A stretch of DNA of 64,000 bases from Camelus ferus (taxonomy: Eukaryota), in NCBI RefSeq assembly GCF_009834535.1, contig NC_045697.1, forward strand, positions 250,001-314,000. Reading direction: 5' to 3'. Position 1 is the stretch's first letter. Each line of letters opens with the position of its first letter. Below the pieces are notes generated by a model. That model searched no databases. It saw nothing but the letters and a program-made list of their open reading frames with translations, and was not told the DNA's origin. This document shows, piece after piece, positions 49,561 to 62,930 of the stretch. Made by a program: the position numbers and the translations under genes.

Positions 49561-50359
49561 AGGCCTTCAGGGGATCACGACCTCGCTCCAGCAGCGCGTC
49601 CACAAGGCCACGCGGGGCCGGGCGCTTGCAGCTTACTCGCAGCTTGCCCTCAGTAACCGCCTGGGCACGTCTGCCACGCGTCTGAGCGTCCACAAGCCGC
49701 TGTGTCTTATGGCGCTACTCCATTGTGAGCCGTGCGGTTGGAACATGTTTACTCCCAACCACTGCCACATCTCCTTGCTATTTTAAAGAAATGTGTTTTC
49801 CCAAAGAACAGAAAAATTTTATTTTGTGTCCGTTAAGTTTATTAACCGTTTCCTCCATGCCTTATATATTTTTTGTCACATGTATTAAATCTTTCTTATT
49901 CTGGTGTTATCAAGACGTCCCTTGTATTTTATCAGGTTTTCCTAAGAAACCTCAATTCACAATTAGATCCGTTCACAAGTCAGAATCACTGTATTTGCCT
50001 GTTACTTTATAAGACCCAAGTTTTTATTTTCCACGGTGTCCATGGCTACAGCACCGTCCACTCATCAGCCTGTCACTCCTTTCAGACTTACAGGCCCTGC
50101 TCGCAGCAGCCCGACCTGAGTATGTGCCACCTGTGAGTCTGACCACTGCACCACTGACCACTGCACCACTAACACCACAACGGATGTTTGAAAAAAACTG
50201 ACAGAGAATAGGATTTGTTCCCATTCTTATTTTTAAAAACACTGCTAGCAGCTTGGGGTAATTCATACATAAATTTAAGATCAGAATCTGTGGAAACAAC
50301 GTCAAGACTTCAATTTTTATTGCAATGAATATAGATTAACTGAGGAGTGACACCACCTT

Positions 50360-50475
50360 TCTTTTTTCCATTTTTTTTAGATTCCCCTGCACCTTAACGG
50401 AGGCGCTGGGACTAGACCCAGGACCCCGTGCACACCACGCAGGCCCTCTACCCCAGAGCTGTCACCCTCCCACCC
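50360..50475 (-). mobile_element. tRNA-derived camelid SINE (Vic-1-like)
   Basis: Minus strand GGGAGGGTGACAGCTCTGGGGTAGAG...GTCCTGGGTCTAGTCCCAGCGCCTCC + A-rich tail; TSD ga(c/t)accacctt at 50349-50359 and 50476-50486. Confidence 0.75.
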
Positions 50476-53400
50476 GATACCACCTTCAAATGTGAACGTG
50501 GCTGCACCTCTGCACTTGGTCTACCCTCACCGTTTTCATCAGTCTGCCGGGAGGGGCAGCATGGGGCGCCCTCCTGCACGACTGGCCTGAGCAGGGGGGT
50601 TGGGCCAGGGCCAGGGCACCCACGCAGGCTGGCTGCCACACACGCTGCCTTTCCTCCGTCCTCCAAGTGCGGCCAGCGGGCATCACAGAGGGCAGGAACG
50701 GAGTTAGCACCAGAGAGACCAACTGTCCCCAAACTGACCATAAACAGACACGATGCAACACTCTCAATGGCCGCATAGGCAGCTCGAAAGCTTCGCTGCA
50801 GAGCTCGTCTGAAGACACAGAGGAGCCAGAGCACCTGGTGTGCTCAGGAAGGAAGGAGGGAAGGAGGCAGGCTTGCCTCCCAGACCAGAGAGCCGTGGGG
50901 CTGGGGGGCTCACAGGACGAGGCCGGGCAGCGCCCTCTTATCGGGGGAGAGGAAGCAAGAGGGGAGAAAAGTCCCCAAAGTGAGGTCCAGGCAGATCCAA
51001 GACCCGCACGTGCAACAGCAAAGCTCCCAAAACAAGCGTTTACAATGCAGTCAGACACGTGAAACAGACTTCGAATCACGACTGACACGTTCACAGCTCG
51101 GGGCACAAGAGGGCTTCCCAAGCTAGAGAGCGCAAAGCCAGCCTGTGCTTGACCGAAGCCCAGGACAGAACAAGCAAGCGGAAGACAAGCAGCAGACGAG
51201 GAGCATGCGGCTGGCACGCTCACCCTCTGCAGAAGAGCTGGTCTGCGCAACCTAACACAGGAGCCAGCAAGGAAAAGAAAAGCCCAGCGTGGACAAGAGC
51301 GAAGGGCGAGAGCAGGCGGCCCGCAGGGCCTGCGAGGTGGGCTTGGTGCTGGGGGGCCGAGCGCTAGGCCCCCTGAGGAGGCAGCTGGAGCACCTGCACA
51401 GCTCGTGGGGGTGGGGGGGGCAACACCGAGCGTTCAGACACGGGCCAAGTTGGGAACTGGAGGTGCCTGGTGGAGAAGAAATGACCAGAGACCACAGATG
51501 GGGGCTCAGGGCCAGGCCCCAAGGGAGCCACAGCCACGCAGAGGCTACACAGGCTGGGCTGTGTGTGTGGGGAGAGCCTCCTCCAGGCAGACCTCAGGAC
51601 CCTTGGTCCACACACCTGCAGCCGAGAGGCTGGCATGGTCCTGGAGGGTCCCTGTGACCAGTGACAGGCCTGAAGCCGCCCTGGGACTCCACATAGAGGA
51701 CACCATCGGTGGGCATGGCTGCAGGGCACGCCTGAGCCCCAGTGGGGAGGAGAACTTCCTTGTTGTTCCTTTGCTCTTGCTTGCAGTTTGGTAAACTAAA
51801 CACCTGGAGCTGTGTCCCCATATCCCGAACATTCCGTTTCCACCTGCCAGTATCTTCTTGAGGCCAGAGAACCCCACATCTGGTCTGGGTCCTGCCCTAT
51901 GAAGTGCTTTCAGGGAGGACCGGGTGTCCAGTCTACACCCCCCGGCCTGAGCATCGAGGGAAAGGGCAGGGACAGCCAGAGCCCAGGTGCCAGGGCTTTG
52001 GCCGGCCCTAGGCCTTCTCAGTGGAGAGAGCCAAAAAGGAACAAACTCACACCATTATTTCTAGACCAGCTTCACAAACCCAGGGGCTCACAGGACTTCT
52101 CTGATTGCTGGTACACGTCCTGGGCAGGAGGCAGTCACACAGAGCCTGACCTCTGGCCCTCAGGCCTGTCTGCAAGGCTTCGGGAGGGCTCCCCTTGGCC
52201 CAGTCATGTGACACAGTGTCCAGTGTGGTCACACGTGTGGCAAGCGTGTCCTTCTGCAAGCAAGCACCAGGTGGGCACGTCCGTGGCGGCCCTGACGGGC
52301 CCTGGGGGCTGGGTCTGCAGAGGCTGCCCCGGGCTACGGTGCATCACACCTGTCATCACAGCTCAGCTGGGAATTCAGCACGTCCATCCGTCTGTCCATG
52401 ACGCCATGCCTCTTCCTGAGCTGAGCGTGCCCTCTCTCTGAAAGGACTTGTGGCCCTGCGGATGGCTGTGCGCCAGGTCGGGTATCCCCGGGCGAACTGC
52501 AGGCCCGGGGGTAGTCTGGGACACAGCCACGTCCTCTCCTCTTCCCTCAGGAACCCCGTTCCCAACAAGGACCTGCCCTTGGGTGCGGGTGGTGCCCCGT
52601 CACTGTGTGGCCTGGTCCTGCCGCCAGCCCGAGGCGCAAGTGGGCTCACTGAGATGCTCACGTGAGTCGCGTGGAGTGTGAAACCAGCTACAGCAGGCGT
52701 GAGCAGCCGTCCCAAGCAGTTACTCACCAGAACTGCTTTTCAGAACACACGGACATGCAGAACATCCGTGGACGTGCACACGGGGTGGTCACCACGGTTC
52801 TGGGCCTCCAGCACCGCACGGACGCAGCCCCGAGGCCCGGCTAGGGCTGCAGCGGCCCTGGCATCCACGCTCCGCCCCGCTGGGCCCACTGCAGACACGG
52901 CGGGAAAGCGCCTCGGCCTTGCGCTGACTCTCATTTCTCTACCCTCAGGCGGCGGGCCAGACTCCCTCACAGCCCGTTTGTTGTCACCGGGGGCTGCCAT
53001 TCAGTCAGGTCCACCCCAAGACCCCACGGCACCCCTCGCCCGTCCCCGAGGGTGGGTGGCACTCACACGCCAGGCAGCCAGGCATGGAGCCGTCATGCGA
53101 GGTCACCTGCTGTGGGAAGCACTGGCAGGTGACAGGTGAGGCTGAGTGGTCACCTCCGCCCATCCACGCCCCGCCCGGGCTCTGCTGGCTTCCACCCCCA
53201 GAACTCGCGCCTCAGGCTGCACAATGGCTGCCGTCTCCGCAGCCAGCACTCCAGGGAGCCAGCCCCCACAGATGGATAAATGTTTCCTCTGACCCTGCTG
53301 CCAGCCACGAGGCGAGGCCTGGGATGCCACCAAGGGCCATATGACGCAGGTGTGAGCAGCTGCCCTGCCCTGCTGGACACCCAGCCTGCGGTGGGAAGCA

Positions 53401-54088
53401 AGGTCCTTCTCATCAGATAGACCACGTTGGAGATAGAGCCTGTGAGAGCCACGGAGCCCACCAACTGCATGACACACACACGCACACGCATGTCTGCACA
53501 CCAGCCCTCACGTACAACACACACACACAGGCACTCGCTCACGTGTGCACATCTACCTTCGCCTGTGCTGCCAACAGGTATGGACACAAAGCAACCATGG
53601 CACAAAGGATGGACAAGGGAAATGCGGCCAACAGGTGCTTGTGGGCACTGCAGGACCGTGGATCTCACAAACAGCAGACAAAGTGCCACCCTGGACAAGG
53701 TAGGTGGCGCTCCTGAGAGCTCCTGGTCGAAGCTCAGCAGCACAGCCAGGCAGGCTGTGTCCTGTGGCCCCGGAGGAAGGGGCAGCGCAGACGTGAGGGG
53801 TGCCGAGGCCGGGGCCTCCCTCGAGGAGAGTGACACCGCCAGCGCCTGCACACCCGCTTGCCCACCACACATCCTCCATGGCGGGGGCAGACATGGGGCC
53901 ACCCCCACCAGCAGCACCAAGCCCAGCCCCAGGTCTGGGCCCGACAGCTGAGGCCACGCAGGCACTGAGCTCAGCACGCTCACCCGTGGCCGCAAGCATG
54001 GGTTCTCCCAGCTTTGGAGACGGGGCTGTGCCCAGGGCTCGGAAATCTCACTGCGGAGACACCACGTGCCTGTACGCCCCTGACTCAC

Positions 54089-54212
54089 TTGGCGACCGAC
54101 TGGATGACCTTGGAGGAGGTGTCCTTGATGTTGGTGAAGAGGCGCTCGGTGCCCCCCCGCAGGATGTCCAGGAGCCCGCCGTAGGGCTGGTCGTACTCTG
54201 CCACTGCCAGGC
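54089..54212 (-). CDS. GAK: GAK exon 11
   Basis: 124 nt; LAVAEYDQPYGGLLDILRGGTERLFTNIKDTSSKVIQSVA; donor GTGAGT. Confidence 0.96.
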
Positions 54213-55837
54213 CTGCAAGAGAGACAGGCTTTGGTGGACGGGGCACGTCCAGAACCCATAGGCTGCACATCCGGCCACCACCGCCAGCACTCCAGGAGAA
54301 CCGTCCAGCGCCCAGCACCCCTGGCCCCCCAGCAAGGGAGGAAACTGGCCGCCATCAGCGGGCTGGAGCCTCTTGGCACACACAGCCCTCCGTCCCCATC
54401 TGCAGGATGTTCACACAGCTCACTCCCAGAATCTGCTGGACACCAGTACGGACTCCAGCACTGACAGCCACATGCCACAGCCCAGCCAGGCAATCAGCCA
54501 GTCCCCAAGGTACGGGGACACCAGCAGACACAGAGGCCATAGATAATCAGGGAGAGAAGGGTGTGGGAGTGAGGACATGTGGGTGGGTGGTCCCAGCCAG
54601 GCACAGAAAGGCCACGTGAGCTACAGCTCAGTCTGCAGGCAGGGGCCTCCTGGCCACAGTCCAGATGTGACCAGAGTGGTGACACCCAAAGGTGGGCCCC
54701 GAAATGTCAGGGTCCCCAGGGGTGTGGTCTGCAGAGGTGGTGATGGTGCTAAAAGTCAGCGTGAAGAGAGGAGGCAGGGCTACACACACACCCATGCCAC
54801 ACAGTCATCTGTGGCCTATTCTGGGCCTCTATGACCAGGCGGCAACAGTAGACGTCAGAGAACTGGGCGGAACCTGACACAAGGGGCCTTCGGGCTGTCA
54901 GTCAGCTCTGAGACATGGCTGATGAACCTCATGTGTGTGTCCATGCTGGCCCTTCGCAAGGCAGTGACCAGTGGACCCTGGCCGTGCTGGACCCACAACG
55001 CATGGACACAGAGCCAGGACATGGGGCCAGGACTCAGGCCGGCCACCTGCCAAGATGACCCTCCCTGAAAAGGAAGAGCGGCAGGAGGACACGGGGGCTG
55101 GACTCACAGCCTGACAGCGAGGTGGCCAATGGCCTGGGGGCACAGGGCAGAGAAGCGCGCCCTGGCACAGCTCTCAGAACCTTCTGGGCAGCACGGCCGC
55201 ACTAAGCTCCAGCCCAGGCCCTCCCGGGACATGCTATGTTACGCTGGCACTGGGCAACCAGACCTGCCCTGGCACACACCACACAATCAGTGCGCAAATC
55301 GCTCAGCTAAGGTGACATGAGTCATGAGGAAAGCCTACCAGCTCCACCTCCACTCCCCGCCATGGCCTGCACTTTCAGACCAGCAGAACTGGCCCCTCGG
55401 CCCCTGATCTGACCACACTGTTTCCTGGCACCCCTTCTGAGGCTCCCAGCCTTGTGCTCGCTGCTGGCCAGCCCTGGAAGGTGGATCCTCACCTGCCTGG
55501 GCAGGGGCCACACTTTCCAGTGGCTCGTGGGAGCCATGGGCCAAATCAGCCACAGGGGTAGGTGGCAGTGCCCATGGTCACCCCAGACCTGCAAGTCAGG
55601 CACCAGGGCTCAGAGGACCAGGGCTGCCCCGACCACATGGGGAGGGGCAGCTGGTGCTTGGGCTCTGCCCTCCTTCCCCGTCCTAAACCACGGCCTGAAG
55701 TTCTGGGTGCGCGGGAGCCGTGGACGTGGGGCTGGCCCTGGGACCCTGCAGGTGCAGCCTCGCGCCATCAGGCCACAAGGCTCAAGGGCAGGGCCTGGGG
55801 CCTCTGCCAATCGCAGGCGTGTGCGTGGGGTGCTCAC

Positions 55838-55910
55838 CTCCACTGCAGCTGCTGCTTGTGAGGCCCCCAGGAGGGGCCACGTTCCCGTAGCCTCCACTCT
55901 GCTCCAGGAG
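55838..55910 (-). CDS. GAK: GAK exon 10 (linker)
   Basis: TTGCAG|CTCCTG...GGAG|GTGAG; 73 nt; LLEQSGGYGNVAPPGGLTSSSCSG; phases fit exons 9 and 11. Confidence 0.92.
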
Positions 55911-57301
55911 CTGCAACGATCAAACACCAGTCAGGGCACAGTGCACACCGCTTCTCGCTGCGGAGAATCCTCAGACGCCAGCACAGGGCGCCATGCACTT
56001 CGGGCACGTGGCCCACATCAACCCTTCTCTCTCCACCTAGTTTAAGACAAAATCATGAAGGAACCTCCCACAGGTTGGACAACAGGGCTGACACCTAGGA
56101 CCAATCAGGCGCACGTTCCCGACACAGGCTGTCCCTGCTGTCAACGATGCCGCGTGGGGCCTGGTGGTCTGCACCCCAGGCCTGGCCGCAAGCAGGAACG
56201 CGGGAGACACAACCCAAGGCAGGCGCTGGCGGCAGCCACGACACGAAAACCTTCTTTGGAGCCCCGGGTGTCAGCACCAGTCTGGAAGCCTGGCTGTAGC
56301 CCCCACCCAGCCCACTGGAGTGTCAGCCACAAACTCACTCTGTCGTAAGCAGGCCACAGTTCCCGTGGCTACAATTTTTATAAGATATTCAGAAATCGCT
56401 TTACGGTTTCCCGTAGGATTTTACGAAATGTTCTCATTGGGTTTATGTTTTACCACGTTAAGCTCAAATATATGTGTTACTGATTCTGTGGAGTACGATG
56501 AAATGCTGTCTTTCCTTGTGACCAGCAGGCAGACGTTAATGCTAACGCCCCCTGGGCTCTTAAAGAGAACAGGTTCGCTTGCGGGAGACACGTGTCTACC
56601 AGATCGACCGTCTCATTTCACACCAACTCCCACTTCCGTCTAGCTGTTTCGTCAGCTCCTTCAAAGGCACACACCTTCTCCCCACACTGCGCCCCAGCCC
56701 CTCGTCCGTCCCTCTCCCTCCCACACACTCTTCATCCCCATGCCTCAGCCTTCTCCATGCTCCCACCCTTGGGCGCTGCCCGCTACAGGGGCTTAACTTC
56801 TGCGCCGCAGGTCCCGGACCCTGGGGGTGCTCAGAGCAGGACACACTCAGGAGCCTGCTGATCAGCGGCCTGCATCCATCCATCAGCACCTCCACCCGCT
56901 GCACACAGCAACCCTGAGCACGTGTGCCGGCTGACCGCCCCAACTGCACCACCACCTGACCCTCTGCTGAGCCCTGGGGGCACACATCCTCTGTAAGATG
57001 CCACGGGAGCCCCAGGCCCACCCCCGTGGTGCTCACTGCCCTCCTAGACCCGAGTCCCATCTGAACCATGCCCACTTCGCTCCCTCCTCCTCACGTGACA
57101 GCTGCTGCCTGACGCGCCAGGACTGTCTCCACCTCCTGCCCTGCGCCCCGGGAGCCCCACCCCCGCTTTACTCCCGACTCCAGGGACCCCATCCTCGGGG
57201 GCTCCTGCCTGCCTGATGGGAGCGAGCCCCTCGAGGGCTGGGTCACCCAACGCTAGGGCAGCATGAAGACTGTGCAACCACCAGCAACACGGAGGGCCTA
57301 C

Positions 57302-57414
57302 CTCAGTGATGGGTGCCTTGGGGTTCACGTTCCGGGCGGCCGCGATCTCCTGGAGCTGGTTCACCAGCTCGCTGATGGACAGACGCTCCTCGGGGTTGAC
57401 CTTGAGGGTGGCGC
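57302..57414 (-). CDS. GAK: GAK exon 9 (end of kinase domain)
   Basis: 113 nt; ATLKVNPEERLSISELVNQLQEIAAARNVNPKAPITE. Confidence 0.96.
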
Positions 57415-57661
57415 CTGTGGCAGAGACAGTGTGTGCTTGTCCCCAGGCCACTGGAGCCGGGGTCCCGAGGGGGCAGGCGGCATGGCTGGCTTTGCAGGGG
57501 CTATGGACCCCCTGAGACCCTGAGCTTTGCTTTCGTTACCGGTTTTACAAGCAAGCAGGTGTGATGGAACAAAATCACCAAAACCAACCACTCGGGGCTG
57601 AGCAGGGCAGCTGCCTGGACCTGCCAGGAGGCGTGCCCTGCAGGCCCTGCACACGACTTAC

Positions 57662-57797
57662 GGATGAGATCATGGAACACGGAGTAGCGTGTATCGCCAG
57701 CAGGGATGGAGTACTTCCCGTTGACTATGCGGAGCTTCGCTCCATCCTCGAAGGGGTGCTGCCGGAAGCACAGCAGGTACAGGATGCAGCCCAGGGC
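57662..57797 (-). CDS. GAK: GAK exon 8
   Basis: 136 nt; ALGCILYLLCFRQHPFEDGAKLRIVNGKYSIPAGDTRYSVFHDLI; donor GTAAGT. Confidence 0.97.
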
Positions 57798-59050
57798 CTG
57801 CAGGGAACAGGGCGAGGGGCGGTCACAGCCAGGCCCCCTGGCATGACCAAGGCTCCCCATCGTCTGGCCGCGTCCACCCACGCCAGCCACTGCCCATCGA
57901 GATCAGAGCATTCAACAAACACCGAACTCTTGTTTTCTGATAAAAAAAATCCTTTCGAAATGGAAAGCTCCCAGTCACGTGCGGGGATCTGGAGGCCAGG
58001 CAACCACAAGGAGATGCCCGGCCGCGCTCCTCAATGTTAAGAAGATGTGGGACAGGGCACACCCAGGGCAGGTTGGGGCTCCACAGAACTGGCCCTGAAC
58101 CCAGATGTGTCTTCTCCTGGCTTCTCCTATCCCAGCACCTGGCCACGGGGGATGTTGGAGGCACCAGAGCCTACCCTGCATCTCAGGCTGAGCAGCACAT
58201 GCTGGGCCCAGACAGGCCAAGCCCGAAGCGCGCGGTTCCAGGTCCACCTTTCACTGACGTGTGTGCACGTGCACCCTCACCAGGGACAGGCTGACGGCGT
58301 CCACTTGGAGCCAACCAGCTCACATCTTAGTCTCCATCTACTCCCAGGACAGGGGCTCTCATGTTCACTGTGGGGCTGGCACTGGACATGGCTCCGTCGG
58401 GCCTAGACCACGAGCCCCGAGGTGCGGTGGTTCAGGGTCACCTGTCCCTGCTCTTAGAAGGGACACTGGGGAGGCTGCAAGACCCCTCAGATGGGGAGGG
58501 GAAGCACTGTGTGCTCAGCACTGTGCTCCCCAAGCTCTGTGCTCTGATGCTAAACAGAGGCGGAGCAGACACCACACTCATCCCACGATGGCATTGCTGG
58601 GACATGTCCCAGGAGAGGGGCAGGGAAAGGTTGCCCCAGCGTCCGGCCCAGCCTCACTGAGATCTCTTCCCAAGGCACTGGGCTTAGCCCTCGCTTTGGC
58701 TACCCCCAGGTCAGCTTAAGCTGCAAGGCCGCTTGGGACGTGTGGCATCTGGCCCTGTGACCAGTGGCTTTGTGACCCTCCAGCCCCCTGACGGGCTCCA
58801 ACCAGGAGAGCAGACATTCTTGGGCCAGGACTTCTGCCCACGCTGCCTCGCGCTGACCCCCAACCCAGCTCCTAGCCACCTAGGCTCCGCCAACAGCAGT
58901 CACAAGTGCCGCTAAAAAAGATGAAGGAAAAGGAGGAGAAAAAGAAAGGAGGAGGCCGAGGGGACAGCAGATGGAGGCTGCGCCCCGGGGCCTCGCGCCG
59001 GCCCCCACCCCGCGCAGGGCTGCCCCAGCTCCGCGGGCGAGCAGCCTCAC

Positions 59051-59140
59051 CCAGATGTCCTGCTTCTCGCCGATTGGGAAGTTGGAGTACAAGTCCACGA
59101 TCTCCGGTGTCCGGTACATGGGGGTCGTGTTCCTGGTGAT
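59051..59140 (-). CDS. GAK: GAK exon 7 (kinase activation segment)
   Basis: 90 nt; ITRNTTPMYRTPEIVDLYSNFPIGEKQDIW; AG/GT boundaries. Confidence 0.97.
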
Positions 59141-61364
59141 CTGAAGGGAGGACACAGACATGTCAAAGGGAAAGCCACGTGCACGCAACACCAGTTACGC
59201 GGCACCGCGGTCCCACGCCACAGCTTCCCGCTGCCAGTCCGGAGACCAGGCCCAGGGTGGCGCAGCGAGCCAGGCGTGCAAGCCGGCTCAGCACCTGTGA
59301 AGGCAGCGGTGTCCTCAAAGGAGCTTCCCAACAAGCCCCTCAACAGAGAAACCCCTGACGGAGACGTACGGAAGCCAAACCCGCCTGCTGTCTCAGGGCT
59401 TCCGTGGAACGCCCGCCACTCACGTCTGCAGGACGCCCAGCCACGACCAAGCGCACCTGACAGACAGCAGACACACTGGCCCAGGCAGAGGACAGGGACA
59501 CGCCCGGGGGAGCGGGGGGCCACTGCTCCCCATGGCAACATGCGCTTTGCAAGAGTAAGCACGCAGGACGCCAGCCCAGGTGGGGCGAGCAGGCGAGGCC
59601 GCAGCCCCTCGCCGATACATGCCTGCATGGACAAAGGTGTACAAGAGCCCAGAGTAGCCCACCACAACCGGCCCCTGCTGGGCAGGGCAGGCTCCCATGA
59701 GCACCAGGAGCATGCGGGCGACACACCTCCACTGAGCAGCTGTACGTATGGCCTGGACCTTTCAACCCAGCGATCACGCTTCCAGGATCGCGCCCTGAAC
59801 ACACGTCATGACACGCAGGAAACTACCCTCTGCAGCGGTGAGGCTGCACACAGCCGACGTCCCAGACGGTGCCACACGGAGACCCGTGCACACGAAGGGA
59901 CAAAGACGGTCCCACTCAACTCAGGACTGACTCAGGAGAGAGAAAGCAGACAGAAGGCACGAGAGCAGACACATCTGCCTGCTCCTCGGGAGAAGGAAAC
60001 TCGGAAGGTGAAGCAGGACGCAGCGAGGGCGACTGGGGGACATGGGCAGGGGATGTGGGCCAGGCTCTGCCTGCACATCAGCTCTTCGGGGAACCCGGAA
60101 CCGCTCTCATGATAGAGTCTGTTAACTTAAAAATAAGATGAAAGATACAAGATAAATAAACCCAGATGTGTTTCGGTCGAGCAGCCTAACAGACCCACCC
60201 TGGGTCTGGGCCGCACAAGAGGCCGAGAAAAGAACCACAGGCAAACCCTGAGCTCTTCTGAGAGGTTTGGTTTTCCTAGCGACCCTGGAGCTCCCAGCTC
60301 CAGCACAGGCTGCAGCGGGGCCAGGCTCCCGCTGGGACGGACATGCACGCAGGGTGGGGCGGGGGGGCAGGCGTGTGTGTTCCTGAGGGCAGGGGATCTC
60401 CGTGCCATTCACGCACAGGCCCTGCCCCCACACAGAGGGCAGCGCTCCTGCAGGATCAGGGATGACGGGGTGGGCCAGGCAGGCGCGTCCTGCCGCTGCA
60501 GAAAAGAGGCAAACACTCCAAAGCAACGGATGTCAAGGAATACAGGAACCAGCACAAAGCACACCCGCACATTTCAGCACCAAAATAACCACTGACATGC
60601 AGAGGCCCGAGCAATGACAAGAACCACATCCATGAGGCCTCGCGAACAACAGATAAGGCACAGGGTTCCGGTCCCCGGGCACGGCAGGCGTGGAGGAGCC
60701 GCGGTGGTCACGCAGCCGCAGAGCAAGACACTACACCTTGGCCTCGAGGTCAGAGTGGCCAGTCCCTGATATGCAGTGCACTCGATGGTGGGGGTCTGTT
60801 CAGGGGACACGACTCAGAGCCCCGGGAGGTGGTCACAAAACCAGGCCTTCCTGGGCCCCAGCCCGGCCCCAGCGTGCCCGGCCAAGGCCTCCTTTCACCC
60901 CCATCCCTGCCAGCCAACCTGAGGAGAACGCGGTTTGCAGCACTGAGACGTGGGCACTTTGCTGGGACCGACTTTCTTATAAATGCTTCCAACAGGGCAG
61001 GTCCTGAGGGACAGACAACCTCCGGGAACAGGGCACCGCCTATAGGCAGAATCCCCCATCTCTGCGCTCCTTTTCGGAACATGTCTTCCCCAGGACCCCT
61101 GCCCTCTCCGCTCATTGTTGTTTTTCTGTCTCACATGGTTTTGTTTGTGCAGTTTCTGCAGCCGTTTACCGAAGTCCAAGTTAGCAGCAGGAGGGTGCAG
61201 TGGCGAGTGTGTGGACAGCGCCCACCCTCCCGGACGATCCCGACACCAGGGTGTGTCTGCTCCCACTCAGTGCTGCCTTCCACGCACACGTGCTCCGAGC
61301 ACGCCCTCCAACCTCCTTTGGGGTCACCTGTGGGAGCTGCCAAATCTCCTTGAAGTTATATTTT

Positions 61365-61537
61365 TTAATGACTTATTTTAAACGAAAAAGTTCTGGAGAC
61401 GGATGGTGGGACAGTTGCACAAGGATGTGAACGTACTTAACACCAGTGAACTGCAAGCTTAAAAATGGTTAAGATAGTAAATTTTATGTTATGTGCTTTA
61501 CTACAACAAAAAAAGGTGCAAAAAAAAAAAAAAAAAA
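61365..61537 (+). mobile_element. L1MB-like 3' end with polyA
   Basis: aaaagttctggagacggatggtgggacagttgcacaa...cttaaaaatggttaagatagtaaattttatgttatg + A tract. Confidence 0.8.
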
Positions 61538-61647
61538 GCCATAGGACACTCAGAGGCAGGTCTGGGATGAGAAGAGTGATGCAGACACAGGGTTTGGTGT
61601 CCCGGCGCCCAGCCCGCCAGCCCGGCCAGCCCAGCAGCCCCGCTCAC

Positions 61648-61773
61648 CTCCTCCTCCACGAGGGCCCGCCGCTGGGCGCTCCAGCTGTAGTCGGGGTAGT
61701 GGGATATGGTCGTGGCACTGCCAAAGTCACACAGCTTAATGGTCCCCTGGTTACTGAGTAGTAAGTTTTCAAC
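61648..61773 (-). CDS. GAK: GAK exon 6 (kinase domain, DFG motif)
   Basis: TTGCAG|GTTGAA...GAG|GTGAG; 126 nt; VENLLLSNQGTIKLCDFGSATTISHYPDYSWSAQRRALVEEE. Confidence 0.97.
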
Positions 61774-62495
61774 CTGCAAAATTCCAGAAGACAGTCTTTG
61801 TGAGCTTGGGGAGCAAGCTGGGCGGTGGAAAAACACCCAGGGCTCCGGCACAGGGCAGGGTGCCCCGAGGGGAGGGGCTCGGAGGGTAGAGTAGCCGGCG
61901 TTTTCCTGGGCAAACAGGAAACCTCTCTGATCAAAACTGGTGTATGTACCTTTAAAATGAGGACTTCAGAAAAATAAAAGGAAGCTAAAACCAACCACAA
62001 ATCAAAGAAAGATAAACTAATAAGGTGGTATCTACAATGAAAGCCTTCATAAACCTCAGAAGGCGAAAAAAACACCACTTGAAATCATCAAGTGCACCCA
62101 TAACAGGAAGGTATCCAACAACAGACTCACAGAAGACCCCCTGTTCAGAAATGAGCTGTGATGAATTTTAAAATCCAAAATGAAGAGGGAACGAGACTGT
62201 ATACCTAAGAGGAAAGACACAAGCCCGCCCCAATGCCCTGGAAGCCAGCCCAGCACTGTGGCCTCCGCAGGCCCACATTCAGAATGGCTTTTATTTTTTA
62301 AACAGAAAAAAAAAAAAATCAAAAGACCAGTGTTTCAAGACACAGTGGGGGAGCAGTTCTGCTGACCCGGCCACGCCTGCTCAACCAGACAGCCTGTGGC
62401 TGCTTCTGAGCCGCTCGGTCGGGAGATCTGAGGCAACTTCAACCGGATTCCCAAAACTTTTCTGGGTGGGAGCTAACAAACTGATCCAAAGTTTA

Positions 62496-62930
62496 CAGGC
62501 AAACCTCACGTTCCTGAGCCTTTCATATACAGAGGTCGCAGCAGCCCAGCCTCGAGAGTCTGTCGGCACCGTTTCTCCAACAGCACCACGCACTTCCTGT
62601 CTCCGTGTCACGCTCTGGAAAATCTCGCAATATTTCAAACTTTGTCACCATCACTGTACTTGTTGTGGTGTCTGTGACCAGTGACCTGTGATGTCACTGC
62701 TGCGACTCACTGAAGGCGCGGACGATGGTCCGCACTTCTAGCAATACGGTATCTTCTCACTGAAGTACAGACGCTGTTCCTTACACACAGGCCACTGCCC
62801 ACTAACAAAGCACAGCACCGTGTGAACGCAACTTCCAGAGGCACCGGGAGACAGACGCCACGGGACTCACTTTGCCGCTGCATCTGCTTTACTGGTCTGG
62901 ATAGAATGCGCAGCATCACCAAGATGCCTG
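62496..62930 (+). mobile_element. Second Tigger1-derived element, inserted at TA within an old L1 fragment
   Basis: ta|caggcaaacctc...ctcgcaatatttcaaacttt...gactcactgaagg...gatgcctg|tg; L1 text aacaaactgatccaaagttta resumes as tgtggagacaccaagg. Confidence 0.75.

Noticed and set aside
50141..50175. 15-bp tandem duplication gaccactgcaccact
   Set aside because: Small slippage event inside a decayed L1; no functional indication.
50395..50475. Functional tRNA gene
   Set aside because: Degenerate boxes, A-rich tail and TSD indicate a SINE.
53150..54493. 447-aa minus-strand ORF, the longest in the track
   Set aside because: Crosses GAK exon 11 in a different frame, includes (TG)n-like low-complexity sequence, and has Cys/Pro/Gly/Arg-rich composition with no domain. 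Typical chance ORF in GC-rich DNA.
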